A stretch of 64,000 nt of DNA from Dendrobates tinctorius. Its lineage: Eukaryota. Within the stretch, counting starts at the first letter, position 1; each line of letters opens with the position of its first letter. The notes beneath the pieces are model-generated. The model saw only the letters and a program-made list of their open reading frames with translations, had not been told where the DNA came from and made no database searches. The stretch covers positions 2,480,001-2,544,000 of the forward strand of contig NW_027361771.1 in NCBI RefSeq assembly GCF_039654945.1. The letters are read 5' to 3'. Shown piece by piece: positions 48,836 through 61,653 of this stretch. The position numbers were made by a program, and so were the translations under genes.

Positions 48836-49205
48836 GGATGTGTGCACACGCTGCGGATCCGCAGCGGATTTGGCCGCTGCGGATCCGCAGCAGTTTTTGC
48901 TGTGGTGTACAGTACCATTATTCCCTATGGGAAATGGAAACCGCAGTGCAGACGCTGCAGAATTTTCCACGCGGATTATCTGCGGTTTCTAAACCGCAGA
49001 AAGAATTGACATGTCAATTCTTTCTGCGGATTCCGCAGCGGTTTCCTATCTCCTCCATTGTGGAGATGGTGAAATCGCAGGGCCAAACCGCAGAATAATC
49101 CGCAGATAAACCCTGCAGATCTTTTCACCTGCAGATTTATCTGCGGATTTTGCAAAATCGGGGCAGATGAATTTGCAGACTAATCCGCAGCATGTGCACG
49201 TACCC
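48836..49205. mobile_element. Harbinger-type MITE (TGCGGA family)
   Basis: TAA|GGATGTGTGCACACGCTGCGGA ... TCCGCAGCATGTGCACGTACCC|TAA. Confidence 0.78.
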
Positions 49206-49657
49206 TAAGTGAGCTGCAGCCAGATTTCTCTGGCGGTGGCTTATCTTCCAGAGAAGAGAACAAAAGAATCAGCCATCTGAAATCGAATTTGCCTGATCCT
49301 CTCTAAAACAACATCATCTGTTAGGGAAGCAATGGGATGCTCTCAGCCTATCGCACCAATATTGATGCGTTCGGGTGACATAAGTCTAATGTGTATGAAG
49401 ACTTTAAGAATCCTATTCTCTAGTCCAGCTACTTCTTTTCGTAGCACTGCCAATACTTCAAGTATAGTAAGATTGACCCTTGCATTATATTTTTGTATTA
49501 TGTGCCTGACTGATAATTATCTCACAAGCTGCAGAAAGTAGTGGAGAGTATATGCTTTAGTTTATTATTTATCGTGTCCATTATCCAGCCGTTTATGTAG
49601 CTGTCAGCCCTTGTGCCATGATTATGAGTGATGCATCTGTACACATGTCTCTTATAG

Positions 49658-49731
49658 GCTCGAGAGCACTGTTTGAAGATGCTTAGGGAAGCCATCAGTA
49701 AAAACGTACAGGAGACCAATACTGCAGATAG
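49658..49731 (+). CDS. RECQL5: RECQL5 exon, KIX (AREHCLKMLREAISKNVQETNTAD)
   Basis: Matches human AREHCLRLLEEALSSN; cttatag / gtaaga. Confidence 0.95.
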
Positions 49732-52700
49732 GTAAGAAGATTTTCAATTCTTTCATCTGCCTTAGCTCTATAGTGACCAATCCCAATTTTTCAAATCTGA
49801 CGTGTCACTTTTTTAGCTATAGAATACTTCTACATATCCAGGTGATTCTGAGACTGTTTTGTCACACATTGTACTACGTTAGTCACAAATTTAGGTTGAT
49901 ATGTTTTGTTTATTCATAAGAATATTGGAACTTTGATGAAAATGTAGAAAAATTAGGAATTTTCATATTTTGAATGTTTACACCCTTAACCCAGATATAC
50001 TTGCCACACACAAAGCCCTTTATAAATACTTGTCTTTACGCCTTAGCCAGTTTTGTAATTATCTTTATTATTAAATTCAGTATACTTCTCCCTATCCTTC
50101 TATTTCATGTGTGGGTTTTTTTTTTACTTTACTTCCTGTGACAGGTCAATTGAGAGGAGTCTCGAATGGGATGTCACAGAAAGTTGGGGCTGTACTCACC
50201 TTGCTGCAGCGTCTATCACCCCTTTTAAAACAGGCCACCAATAGGGGGCAGTGCTGCGGTCACTTACCACAGCTTCTGTCAATGCCATCCCCTGATGAGA
50301 TACTGGTTCGCCATTGTCACAGTCGCTGCTTCTAACACCACAGTCTTTTTCCCTGAAATGAATCATCATCAGGAGGGCGGTGATAGAAGCACTGTGAGTT
50401 ACAGCAGTGCTGCCCCCTAATAGCGATTTGTCTGAGAGCAGTGATAGGAGCAGGGGTGAGAATAGATTTGGTGACAGCAGCACTGCCCCCAATGACATCT
50501 TGTTTCAGGAGGGTTGATAAATGTTAGAGACGTGCGTGCAAATCCAGCCTCCTTTGATGTCCCATTGTAGATTCCTGTAAAGTAAAAAAAAAAAAAAAGT
50601 GCATATAGAGGAAATAGCAGGTTAGGGCATAAAGGCAGGTGGTAAAGGGCTTTATAGGTTTTGGACCACTCCTTTAAGCATCAACATTTCCCATGTGTCT
50701 ACTTTATATCAGCATCATAATTCAACAATCCTTTTATTTTTTTATGATCTTAGACCTGTTCAGTTTTGTGACCTTTAAAGGGCCTAAATATTGAACCCCC
50801 CCCCCTCAAAGTGACTCCATTTTAAAAATGGTACTCCTCAAACTAGTCAAAAGATTGTTTGTTCACCCTTCGTGGAAAGTAGAATGAAAAACTAGTTTTT
50901 TTTCACTAAAAAATTCTTAGAAGTTCACCATAGCTTACAAATCTCGAGACCATGGAAATATTCTGAACTACATGCCGATGTGGTTAAAAATGGAGCACCT
51001 TCCCTATGTTTACCATCTAGATGCTGTTATTGCTGTTGATAGCAGCATTTAAGGGGTAAAGCGACCATGATCAGTGCTAAAACTAATCTTGGCCAATGCA
51101 GAAGTGTGGGATCTGTGGTATACAGCTGGCATCGGCACCATTTCCACCCATCAGGAGGTGCTATTCTCTTATTCCTCAGGTCATTTAAAGGTGTATTGGA
51201 AGTTATTAAGGGGTCACCTTAGTATTAGCTAAATATATTTATTGATAATTATATTGATTTATAATAGAAATATCTTTCTTCCCTACTTCCTAAGGAAGGA
51301 GCAGTGTCTTTATGACAGTATGGCTGGGAAGTCTATAACCGGGGAACATAGAAGAGGCTATATTGTTAGCTGTTAGAGAGGAAAGGAGACTTTTTCAGTG
51401 CAAAAGCTAACCCAATACACAGATTAGCATCTGCACAAAGGGGGAGACTTTGAAATAAAAAAATATTAAATCTAGATTTACACGATGGTGTAGCAGCCAC
51501 ATTTACTGTCCGTGGAAGGGCTGTAATTCCACTTGTGTGAATGTAAGTAGGAAGGTGTTTTGTTTAGGCTAGAATAACTGTAAATTACTTTGAAACAGCT
51601 TTTAGTGGTATTTCAGTATGTTTGGGCTCTACATCCGCCATCCGCTTTGCATGCGTGGAACGGGCTCAGTAACTGACTCTAACAGCAGCAGGCACAGAAA
51701 CTGTACATTGCATCATAGATTCATACGCAGGGGGGAGTTGTCTGTTAAAACCAGCTGGTCTCTCACTGCAACAGCCTTGATTGAATGTGTGTGCAATCCT
51801 GCCCATTTACCTCCTTGTATTCCGTGATTGCTGTTAACCACTGATGTAAAGAGGGATACCGAGGGAAAGTGCTCCCTCGTTATTGCAGGACGCTGGTGTG
51901 CAGACATGTTAAATACAGTTGGGAAAAAAAGCATTTAGTCAGCCACCAATTGTGCAAGTTCTCCCACTTAAAAGATGAGAGACGCCTGTAATTGACATCA
52001 TAGGTAGACGACAACTATGAGAGTCAAAATTTGAAAACAAATCCAGAAAATCACCTTGTCTGATATGGCAACATTTATTTTGTAAATTATGGTGGAAAAT
52101 AAGTATTTGGTCACCTGAAAATATGCAAGATTTCTGGCTCTCACAGACCTGTAGCTTCTTCAAGAGGCTCCTCTGTCCTCCTCCACTCATTACCTGTGGT
52201 AATGGCACCAGTTTGTGCTTGTTATCAGTATAAAAGACACTTGTCCACAACCTCAAACAGTCACACTCCAAACTCCACTACGGTGAAGACCAAAGAGCTG
52301 TCGAAGGACACCAGAAACAAAATTGTAGCCCTGCACCAGGCTTGGAAGACTGAATCTGCAATAGGCCAGCAGCTTGGTGTGATGAAATCAACTGTGGGAG
52401 CAATAATAAGAAAATGTAAGACATATAAGACCACTGATAATCTCCCTGAATCTGGGGCAAAAATCCCAGAACCATACAGGGGGACCTAGTAAATGACCTG
52501 CATAGAGCTGGGACAACCGTAACAAAGGCTACCATCAGTAACACACTACGCCACCAGGGACTCAGATCCTGCAGTGCCAGACGTGTCCCCCTGCTTAAGA
52601 CAGTACATGTCCGGGCCCATCTGATCTTTGCTAGAGAGCATTTGGATTATCCAGAAGAGTATTGGGAGAATGTCATATGGTCTGATGAAAACAAAGTAGA

Positions 52701-53259
52701 ACTGTTTGGTAGAAACAAAACTCGTCGTGTTTGGAGGAGACAGAATGCGAGTTGCATCCAAAGAACACTATACATACTGTGAAGCATGGGGGTGGCAACA
52801 TCATGCTTTGGGGATGTTTCTCTGCAAAGGGACCAGGACAACTGATCCGGGTACATGAAAGAATGAATGGGGCCATGTTTCGTGAGATTTTGAGTGCAAA
52901 CCTCCTTCCATCAGCAAGACATTGAAGATGAAACGTGGATGGGTCTTACAACATGATAATGATCCGAAGCACACCACCAGGGCAGCGAAGGAGTGGCTTC
53001 ATAAGAAGCATATGAAGGTCGTGGAATGGCCTAGCCAGTCTCCAGATCTCAACCCCACAGAAAACCTTTGGAGGGATTTGAAAATCCGTGTTGCCCAGCG
53101 ACAGACCCAAAACATCACTGCTCTAGAGGAGATCTGCATGGAAGAATGGGCCAACCTTGTGAAGACTTACAGAAATCGTTTGACCTCTGTCATTGCCAAC
53201 AAAGGATATACAGTATAACAAAATATTGAGATGAGCTTTTGTTAATGACCAAATACTTA

Positions 53260-55913
53260 TTTCTTTATCGCTTCATTGGGGGACACAGGTAACCATGGGT
53301 GTATGCTGCTGTCGCTCCTCCCCAGCAGAATGCACCCACCTACAGGCACCAAGTACCTCAGTTTAAGCTTAGTGTCTGTAGGAGGCGGACCTGTATCTAA
53401 CACCAGATCTTCATTTTCTTTTGCAGGTCACCTGTTGTGTTTTATTTATCTTTTTCCCTTCAACCAAATATGTCAAAGATGCGGCACTCCGGACATCAAC
53501 CTCATGGCGTCTTGGATGGAACCACAAGGTTCATCTTTTCTTAGCCAAGTCCCGGGATCCGCTGGCCATTGATTGCGACACCCTAGTGATCCCGTGGTCC
53601 CAGTTTCAGCTGCTGTCACGATCCATTTTTGGATCTGTGTCAGTTTGAGCTGCTTACATTTAAACTTTTTTCCTTCCTGGCCATTGGGGGTTAATGTCAG
53701 TTTTTCCCCCCGGTGGCCGCTGGTGTTACTACATGTTTAGTTAGCTGGTGGTGACCACTCCCTCCTTCCTATATAAGGTCTCCTGAGGCCTCAGCTGGTG
53801 TTGGTGACACACTTCCTTTTGGATACCAACCGTTGAGAAGACAGGAGCTGGCTGTGTGCTGTGGTGCTTCAGCTGAATGCTGATCTGGAGCCTTACTCTG
53901 CTGCTCGGAGCATTGGCTGCAGAAAAGCTAAGTGTTTTTAGTCTTTCCTTGTCTGTTTTCTTTCCTTGGTGTTGTATTAGTGCAGCGGTGGGACCAGTGT
54001 CCGCACTTACCAGTTCCCTAGTGAGGGATAGGTGCAGGGTAAGTGAGGGACAAGGTATCCTGCTCGGCGACAGGTTGAAAGACCCTGTATAGGGACGTCA
54101 GGTTAGTCCAGGACTCAGCCGCATGAGGTGTCCATTCCCCCATTCCCTATCGCAGAGCCCACCGCCGTAATTGTGTCCCTGGTGTTCCCTTGTTTGTCCA
54201 GTTGTTTTGCTGACCGACCGATCGTTGGTTTGCGTCATGCAGGGCCTGTCACATATCGTGACAGCTGCCTCATCTTTTTCTGCCTCTCCCCTTGATTCCG
54301 AGGATCATAAAAAAAATAAAAGCAGAAGGGATTCCCATGATCCTGATAGCTCCAGACTGGCCGAGATGACCTTGGTATGCGGAGCTGGTAAACATGCTTT
54401 CGGATGTTCCATGGAGGCTTCCATACTGTCCAGATCTTCTCTCGCAAGGCCCCCTCTTCCACCACAGTTCTCAGTCTCTGAGTTTAACGGTATGGCCGTT
54501 GAGGCTGCAGTTCTGAAGGAGGCTGATTTTTCTCACCAGGTCATTCAGACCATGATTAGGGCAAGAAAACCTGCATCCTCGTGCATTTACCACAGGTATT
54601 GGAAGGCCTTCTTCCGGTGGTGCGAGGAGAACAACTTGTTTCCAATGACTTTTTCCTTTCCTTCTATCCTGGGCTTTCTTCAAGCGGGTCTCGACTCAGG
54701 TCTATCCCTCAGTACCCTTAAAGGTCAGGCTTCGCTCTGTCCTTTTCCAGAGGGACCTGGCTTCCCTGTCTCAAGTGAAGAAGTGAAGACCTTTCTTCAG
54801 GGTGTCACCCATCTGGCACCACCTTACCATCCTCCGATAGATCCATGGATTCAGGATATTTCATTTTTCTTTGTCATGGAAGGTGGCCTTCCAAATTGCC
54901 ATTACGTCTACTAGGAGGATTTCCGAGTTAACAGCATTATCTGGTCGTTCCCCGTTCCTGATTCTACATCAGGAGAAGGTAGTTCTCAGATTCGTTCCTT
55001 CCTTTTGTTCCCAAGGTGGTCTCTTCTTTTCACATCAATGAGGACATTGTCCTTCCTTCTTTATGTCCTTCACCGGTTCATTCTCTGGAGAAGTCCCTCC
55101 ACAAATTGGATTTGGACGGAGCCATTCGAGTCTATCTTTCTAGGACTGCTTCCTTTCTTCAATCCGATTCCCTGTTTGTCATCAAAAGGGGCTCCCAGCT
55201 TCTAAATCCACTATTTCCCGTTGGATTTGTTCGGCGATACTGGAGGCTTACCACGTTCATGACAAACAGCCTCCTTTGGGAGTGAGGGCTCACTCCACCC
55301 GGGCCGTGGGGGCTTCCTGGGCTGTTCGTCACCAGGCTTCGGCTTTACAAATTTGCAAGGCCGCGACCTGGTCATCCTTGCACACCTTTGCAAGGTTTTA
55401 CAGGGTTCATACCCATGCCTCGTCTGATGCAGACTTTGGTAGGAAGGTGCTGCATACGGCGGTTGCTCACCATCCGACCTAAGTCCATTTTCTTGGCGTT
55501 CTTTCTGTTCCCACCCTTGGGACTGCTTTTGGACGTCCCATGGTTACCTGTGTCCCCCAATGAAGCAATAAAGAAAGAGGGATTTTTGCTGCTCACTGTA
55601 AAATCTCTTTCTTGGAGCCTTCATTGGGGGACACAGCACCCACCCTAATTGTTCGTACGTTTTTTTTTGAGCCTACGTGCCTTGTTGTTGGGTTGGTACA
55701 TATGTTGAGTTCTTGTTGCTTCTCCTACTGCTTTTACACCAACTGAGGTATTTGGTGCCTGTAGGTGGGTGTATACTGCTGTGGGAGGAGCTATTTTTTC
55801 CTTTTTTTGCTTAATGTCTGCCTCCTAGTGACAGCAGCATACACCCATGGTTACTTGTGTCCCTCAATTAAGGCTCCAAGAGATTTTACGGTGAGTACCA
55901 AAAATCCCTCTTG
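53260..55913 (+). mobile_element. Internally deleted DIRS1-like element (MT and YR remnants)
   Basis: ITRs ttcattgggggacacaggtaaccatggg / cccatggttacttgtgtccc; ICR 55538-55635; AHSTRAVGASWA...TFARFY. Confidence 0.9.
53614..54263 (+). mobile_element. Solo LTR (probably Gypsy), 650 bp
   Basis: TGTCACGAT...ATCGTGACA termini; 5-bp TSD GCTGC; TATATAA at ~53770; the DIRS MT frame (WSQFQL|PHLFLPLPLIPRIIKKIK) rejoins when it is removed. Confidence 0.88.
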
Positions 55914-56601
55914 TCCACCATAATTTGAAAAATAAATCTTGCCAAATCAGACAAGGTGATTTTTTTGGATTTGTTTTCTCATTTTGACTCTCATAGTTGT
56001 GGTCTACTTGTGATGTCAATTACAGGCCTCTCTCATCTTTTTAAGTGGGAGAACTTGCACAATTGGTGGATGACTAAATTGCCTTTTGTTTATCACACCT
56101 CACAAAAATGTTTTAAATAAAAAGTGATCAAAAAGTTGTATGCACCCCAGAATGGTAGCAATAAAAATTACATTGTTAGGAAAAAAAAAGCAAGTCCTCA
56201 TACAGCTCTGTTAAAGAGAACACTGATGGCCAATTCTTAGGATATGCAGTCAATGTTAAAGTAGTGGACAACCTCTTGAAGGAAAAACTAAAAGTGTTAT
56301 CGCTCTGAGAATATGATGACTCCACCCTAAAAAAAGGATTTTTTTTTTGTAAAAAGGAACTTTCTGCTGCAAAAGCCAGAAAATATATTTACTTAGGACA
56401 TCATTGTAATTATATCTAACTAAAGACATGTTAATTATACTGCATGGTGAATGCTGTAAAAATAAATCTATACAAAACTATTTCAGATTTATTCTTTTTT
56501 ATTCATCCTTCGTACTAAAAGATGGAATAAATGGTGATCAACAAGTTGTAGGCAATGATAACAGTTAAACTTCCGTTTGTCCCTCAAAAAATAAACCCTA
56601 A

Positions 56602-57023
56602 GGCTAGTTTCACACTAGCGTATTTTACATGCAGCGCACGGCGCCGCTAAGCCCCGCCCCGCCCGGTCATCTCCTACTATCGCACACGGCCACATGCGAT
56701 CTGCGCACCCTATCTTTAGCATAGGGTGCACAGACCGTGCGCTAGTAGGATTTGTGCGTGCGCTGCGCACTTTTGAAGGTGCGCCGGTGTGCGCCGAACG
56801 CAGCATGTTGCATTTTGGCGCGCTCGGCGCACCTTCAAAAGTGCGCAGCGCACTCAAAAATCCTACTAGCACACGGTCTGCGCACCCTATGCTAAAGATA
56901 GGGTGCGCAGATCACTTGTGGCCGTGTGCGATAGTAGGAGGAGATGACCGGACGGGGCGGGCAGGGGGCGAGGCTTAGCGGCGCCGTGTGCTGCATGTAA
57001 AATACACTAGTGTGAAACTAGCC
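56602..57023. mobile_element. Harbinger-type near-perfect palindromic MITE
   Basis: TAA|GGCTAGTTTCACACTAG ... CTAGTGTGAAACTAGCC|TAA; ~200-bp arms. Confidence 0.88.
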
Positions 57024-57545
57024 TAAAACAGTTGTATTTACAGAAAGATAAAAATATATGGGTCCAAAAATATAGCAACTAATAAAATAAAATTATTGTT
57101 TATGTTTAAAATGTTTATCGGTAACGGTAAGTAGTAAAAAAAAAACTTGGCATGCACATGGGTTGCTATGGCAGCCTGAAATCATTGAAGGCCTCCATCG
57201 TTGTCATCTTTGTACTTCTTTTTAGCCAAGCCTGTGTTGATCGTTCCCCTGACATACTGCAGCACATATAGTACAAGTGATTAAATGATTGCAGGAACAA
57301 GTCCCTTAGGGTGACCCAAAAATATATATAAGTATTACACAAACAAAGTCAACTATAATAATAGTAAAAACCCCTAAGCGTAAAAGTTTCTAATCACGCC
57401 CGGTTTTTCCAGTATAAAAATAAAGAAATAAATACATTGTTGGTATTGCCACATTTGCAAAAGTTAAATCTATCAAAATATAAAATAATTTATTCAGTAT
57501 GATAAATGACATACAAAAAAAACCCACGGCTATTCTGACATTTAA

Positions 57546-58165
57546 ACGGAATCTTTCACCCCATTTTTCGAGTATCAGCTGCCGGCACCGCCATCAGGGG
57601 CTTATCTACAGCATTCTGTAATGCTATAGATAAGCCCCCGATGTAACCTGAAAGATAAGAAAAATGAGTTATATTATACTCCCCGTGGGGGGGGGAGTGC
57701 GGTCCGGTCTTGGTCCGATGGGTATTGTGGTCCGGCGCCTCCCATCTTCTTATGGTGACGTCTTCTTCTTTGCTGCCTGTCGTGGCTCCTGTGCAGGTGC
57801 ACTGCTCTGCCTTGTTGAGGGCAGAGCAGAATCCTGCAGTGCCCAGGCGCCGGACCGCTCCCAGCGCCTGCGCACTGCAGGACTCTGCTCTGCCCTCAAC
57901 AGGGCAGAGCAGTGCGCCTGCGCAGGAGCCACGACAGGCAGCAAAGAAGAGGACGTCACCGTTAGAAAATGGGAGGCACCAGACCGTGACACCCATTGGA
58001 CCAAAACTGGACCCGGACCGTCCCTGGGTAAGTATAATCTAACGCTTTTTTCTTATCATTCAGGTTACATCGGGGATTTATCTACAGCATTACAGAGTAC
58101 TGTAGATAAGCCCCTGATGGCAGTGCCGGCAGCTAATACTCGAAAAATGGGGTGACAGATTCCCT
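57546..58165. mobile_element. T2/Kolobok-type palindromic MITE
   Basis: TTAA flanks; ~300-bp inverted arms ending GACAGATTCCCT|TTAA. Confidence 0.85.
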
Positions 58166-58379
58166 TTAATTAAGTTGCCGTGACTCCTTCAAAAGAATGC
58201 AATAAGCAGCGATCAATACCCCAAAATGGTACCTAAATGTCAGCTTGCCAAGAAAAAAAAAACACACCTTCATACTGCTCTACCGACAGAAAAAGAAAAG
58301 TTATGAGACTCAGAAAATGGCAACACAAGCCAATCTTTTTAAACAAAGTGCTGCTTTTTTAACCACTAAAATAAATATA

Positions 58380-59982
58380 CAGTGGGGCAAAAAAGTATTT
58401 AGTCAGTCAGCAATAGTGCAAGTTCCACCACTTAAAAAGATGAGAGGCGTCTGTAATTTACATCATAGGTAGACCTCAACTATGGGAGACAAACAGAAAA
58501 AAAAATCCAGAAAATCACATTGTCTGTTTTTTTTTCATTTTATTTGCATATTATGGTGGAAAATAAGTATTTGGTCAGAAACAAGCAATCAAGATTTCTG
58601 GCTCTCACAGACCTGTAACTTCTTCTTTAAGAGTCTCCTCTTTCCTCCACTCATTACCTGTAGTAATGGCACCTGTTTAAACTTGTTATCAGTATAAAAA
58701 GACACCTGTGCACACCCTCAAACAGTCTGACTCCAAACTCCACTATGGTGAAGACCAAAGAGCTGTCAAAGGACACCAGAAACAAAATTGTAGCCCTGCA
58801 CCAGGCTGGGAAGACTGAATCTGCAATAACCAACCCGCTTGGAGTGAAGAAATCAACAGTGGGAGCAATAATTAGAAAATGGAAGACATACAAGACCACT
58901 GATAATCTCCCTCGATCTGGTGCTCCACGCAAAATCCCACCCCGTGGGGTCAGAATGATCACAAGAACGGTGAGCAAAAATCCCAGAACCACGCGGGGGG
59001 GCCTAGTGAATGAACTGCAGAGAGCTGGGACCAATGTAACAAGGCCTACCATAAGTAACACACTACGCCACCATGGACTCAGATCCTGCAGTGCCAGACG
59101 TGTCCCACTGCTTAAGCCTGTACATGTCCGGGCCCGTCTGAAGTTTGCTAGAGAGCATTTGGATGATCCAGAGGAGTTTTGGGAGAATGTCCTATGGTCT
59201 GATGAAACCAAACTGGAACTGTTTGGTAGAAACACAACTTGTCGTGTTTGGAGGAAAAAGAATACTGAGTTGCATCCATCAAACACCATACCTACTGTAA
59301 AGCATGGTGGTGGAAACATCATGCTTTGGGGCTGTTTCTCTGCAAAGGGGCCAGGACGACTGATCCGGGTACATGAAAGAATGAATGGGGCCATGTATCG
59401 TGAGATTTTGAGTGCAAACCTCCTTCCATCAGCAAGGGCATTGAAGATGAAACGTGGCTGGGTCTTTCAACATGACAATGATCCAAAGCACACCGCCAGG
59501 GTAACGAAGGAGTGGCTTCGTAAGAAGCATTTCAAGGTCCTGGAGTGGCCTAGCCAGTCTCCAGATCTCAACCCTATAGAAAACCTTTGGAGGGAGTTGA
59601 AAGTCCGTGTTGCCAAGCGAAAAGCCAAAAACATCACTGCTCTAGAGGAGATCTGCATGGAGGAATGGGCCAACATACCAACAACAGTGTGTGGCAACCT
59701 TGTGAAGACTTACAGAAAACGTTTGACCTCTGTCATTGCCAACAAAGGATATATCACAAAGTATTGAGATGAAATTTTGTTTCTGACCAAATACTTATTT
59801 TCCACCATAATATGCAAATAAAATGAAAAAAAAACAGACAATGTGATTTTCTGGATTTTTTTTCTCAGTTTGTCTCCCATAGTTGAGGTCTACCTATGAT
59901 GTAAACTACAGACGCCTCTAATCTTTTTAAGTGGTGGAACTTGCACTATTGCTGACTGACTAAATACTTTTTTGCCCCACTG
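58380..59982 (+). mobile_element. Full-length Tc1 transposon (ZB/Tzf-like)
   Basis: TA|CAGTGGGGCAAAAAAGTATTTAGTCAG ... CCCCACTG|TA; ~200-bp near-identical TIRs. Confidence 0.96.
58745..59767 (+). CDS. Tc1 DD34E transposase, 340 aa, uninterrupted
   Basis: Paired-like [33 protein letters not shown]; 34 residues between D and E. Confidence 0.95.
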   Translation: MVKTKELSKDTRNKIVALHQAGKTESAITNPLGVKKSTVGAIIRKWKTYKTTDNLPRSGAPRKIPPRGVRMITRTVSKNPRTTRGGLVNELQRAGTNVTRPTISNTLRHHGLRSCSARRVPLLKPVHVRARLKFAREHLDDPEEFWENVLWSDETKLELFGRNTTCRVWRKKNTELHPSNTIPTVKHGGGNIMLWGCFSAKGPGRLIRVHERMNGAMYREILSANLLPSARALKMKRGWVFQHDNDPKHTARVTKEWLRKKHFKVLEWPSQSPDLNPIENLWRELKVRVAKRKAKNITALEEICMEEWANIPTTVCGNLVKTYRKRLTSVIANKGYITKY

Positions 59983-60157
59983 TATATATATACGGTAGAT
60001 CTGGAGGATTGTTTTTGCAGGTCATTTTTCAGGTAGATCTGGAGGATTGTTTTTCCAGGTCATTTTTCCAGTTTGCAGCAGGCAGTAAAATCAAAACACA
60101 ACGGCGCAATTGCAATTTCATTTTGGAATTTTTCAGTACATTGTATGGTAAACTTAA

Positions 60158-60492
60158 AGGGGTATTCTCATCTCCAAGATCCTATCCCAATGTGTAGTAG
60201 GTGTAATAATAATATAAGCACATACCTCCAATTAGAAATGTAGTGTAGTTTTTCTGATTTGCTGTGTCGATTTCCTCATGTGCAGTCATTGCAGGACCTT
60301 AGGTATCCTTGGTTACGAACATCAGTGGACGTAACCATGGATACCTAAGATCCTGCAATGACTGCACATGAGGAAAGCGACACCGCAAATCAGAAAATCT
60401 CCACTACATTTCTAATTGGAGGTATTTGCTTTTATTATTATTATTACACCTACTACACATTGGGATAGGATCTTGGAGATGAGAATACCCCT
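60158..60492. mobile_element. T2-type palindromic MITE
   Basis: TTAA|AGGGGTATTCTCATCTCCAAGATCC ... GGATCTTGGAGATGAGAATACCCCT|TTAA. Confidence 0.88.
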
Positions 60493-60639
60493 TTAATGAT
60501 GTAATTAAACCTAGAACTTTTCTACTTGTTCTCTTGAATATAATACAACATGGCTACAGTATATCACTATATAAAATGCTCTACTATTCAGTTGACGCCT
60601 ATATGCTCTCTCTCACTTTCACATCTATATTCAACCCAG

Positions 60640-60733
60640 AGTTGACATCTCTTCTTTTGCCGTGGACCTAGAATATGAGGTTTTCCGAAGCAGCAAAATG
60701 TCTAACCTGTATAAAGCAGGAGTATTAAAAAAG
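60640..60733 (+). CDS. RECQL5: RECQL5 exon, KIX (VDISSFAVDLEYEVFRSSKMSNLYKAGVLKK)
   Basis: Matches human [25 protein letters not shown]; acccag / gtgagg. Confidence 0.95.
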
Positions 60734-61614
60734 GTGAGGGTTAAAGGGGCTCTGTTGTTTTTATTCAAATTGTTTACATTATTACAGAAGACACATTGGT
60801 TCTGAGACTAGTATAAGAAATGACAGTGGATGAAATTAAAAGAATTTTCTCAAATACATGTCATTAGCTACTCAGATGATTTCCCTCAGTACTACAGGTA
60901 CACAGGTTCTACATGCTCTTTACCAAAAGAAGCTTAAAATCTGTTTGGCATCTTGTGCCAAGATTGATCACAGAACGAGGACCTAGAAAACTCAAGGAGT
61001 TCACTATTTTAAGTAGATTCAGTGACTAAGGAGGACTAATATGATAAAATATAATCTTTATTATTTCTTACAATAAAACTATAAATTTCCAATCCACTGT
61101 GCTATGCATTGAAACCACAAGCCGATGATAAAAGGCAGCAATGCTGGCCAAATAGCAAAAGAAGCAAAATTCATAATAGAAAGAAAATAGTTACTGCCAA
61201 TCAGGGACTAAATGAGGACTAGTTGCTGATAAATGTGCAAACAGAGGGGGGAAGTGGTCTGTGAGGACCACAAACACGACCAAAGTCCATATGTGTTAAA
61301 ATATATGAATAAATCTTTATTAACAAGTATGCACAGAGAATGGTGAAGGTGAGCACAAACACTAGGCATAAAACGCATGGACGTCTGACCCCATGCTGAT
61401 GAGAAATATACCCATATCAAAAGTCAGAAGCTGACAGAAACGTACAATAGCAGTAGTTATAAAGTATAGCACCCATATCTATTGGCCATAGTATCTCAAG
61501 AAGTGCTGCCATGATAGACACCTAATAAATAGTTAAATATCATGAGCTAAAGAAAGGACACTAATAGTACCTGCGGAAAGGGTCCTATACCGGGTCGTCA
61601 GGGTCAGCGTGTCC

Positions 61615-61653
61615 GCCCGACGCACGTTTTGGAACTAGTCCTTCGTCAGGGAC
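61615..61653 (-). ncRNA. Degenerate hammerhead ribozyme motif
   Basis: GUCC-CUGACGA-A-GGA(cuagu)UCC-AAAAC-gugc-GUC-GGGC; GAAA reads AAAA. Confidence 0.5.

Larger units (their letters stand above)
51916..56078 (+). mobile_element. Degenerate Tc1 (same family as 58380-59982), right TIR split by DIRS
   Basis: TA|CAGTTGGGAAAAAAAG TIR; frameshifted [15 protein letters not shown]...DNDPKH...; right TIR aaatacttat|insert|tccaccataa. Confidence 0.9.

Noticed and set aside
56615-58155. Mirror-image ORF pairs on both strands
   Set aside because: Artefacts of GC-rich palindromic MITEs
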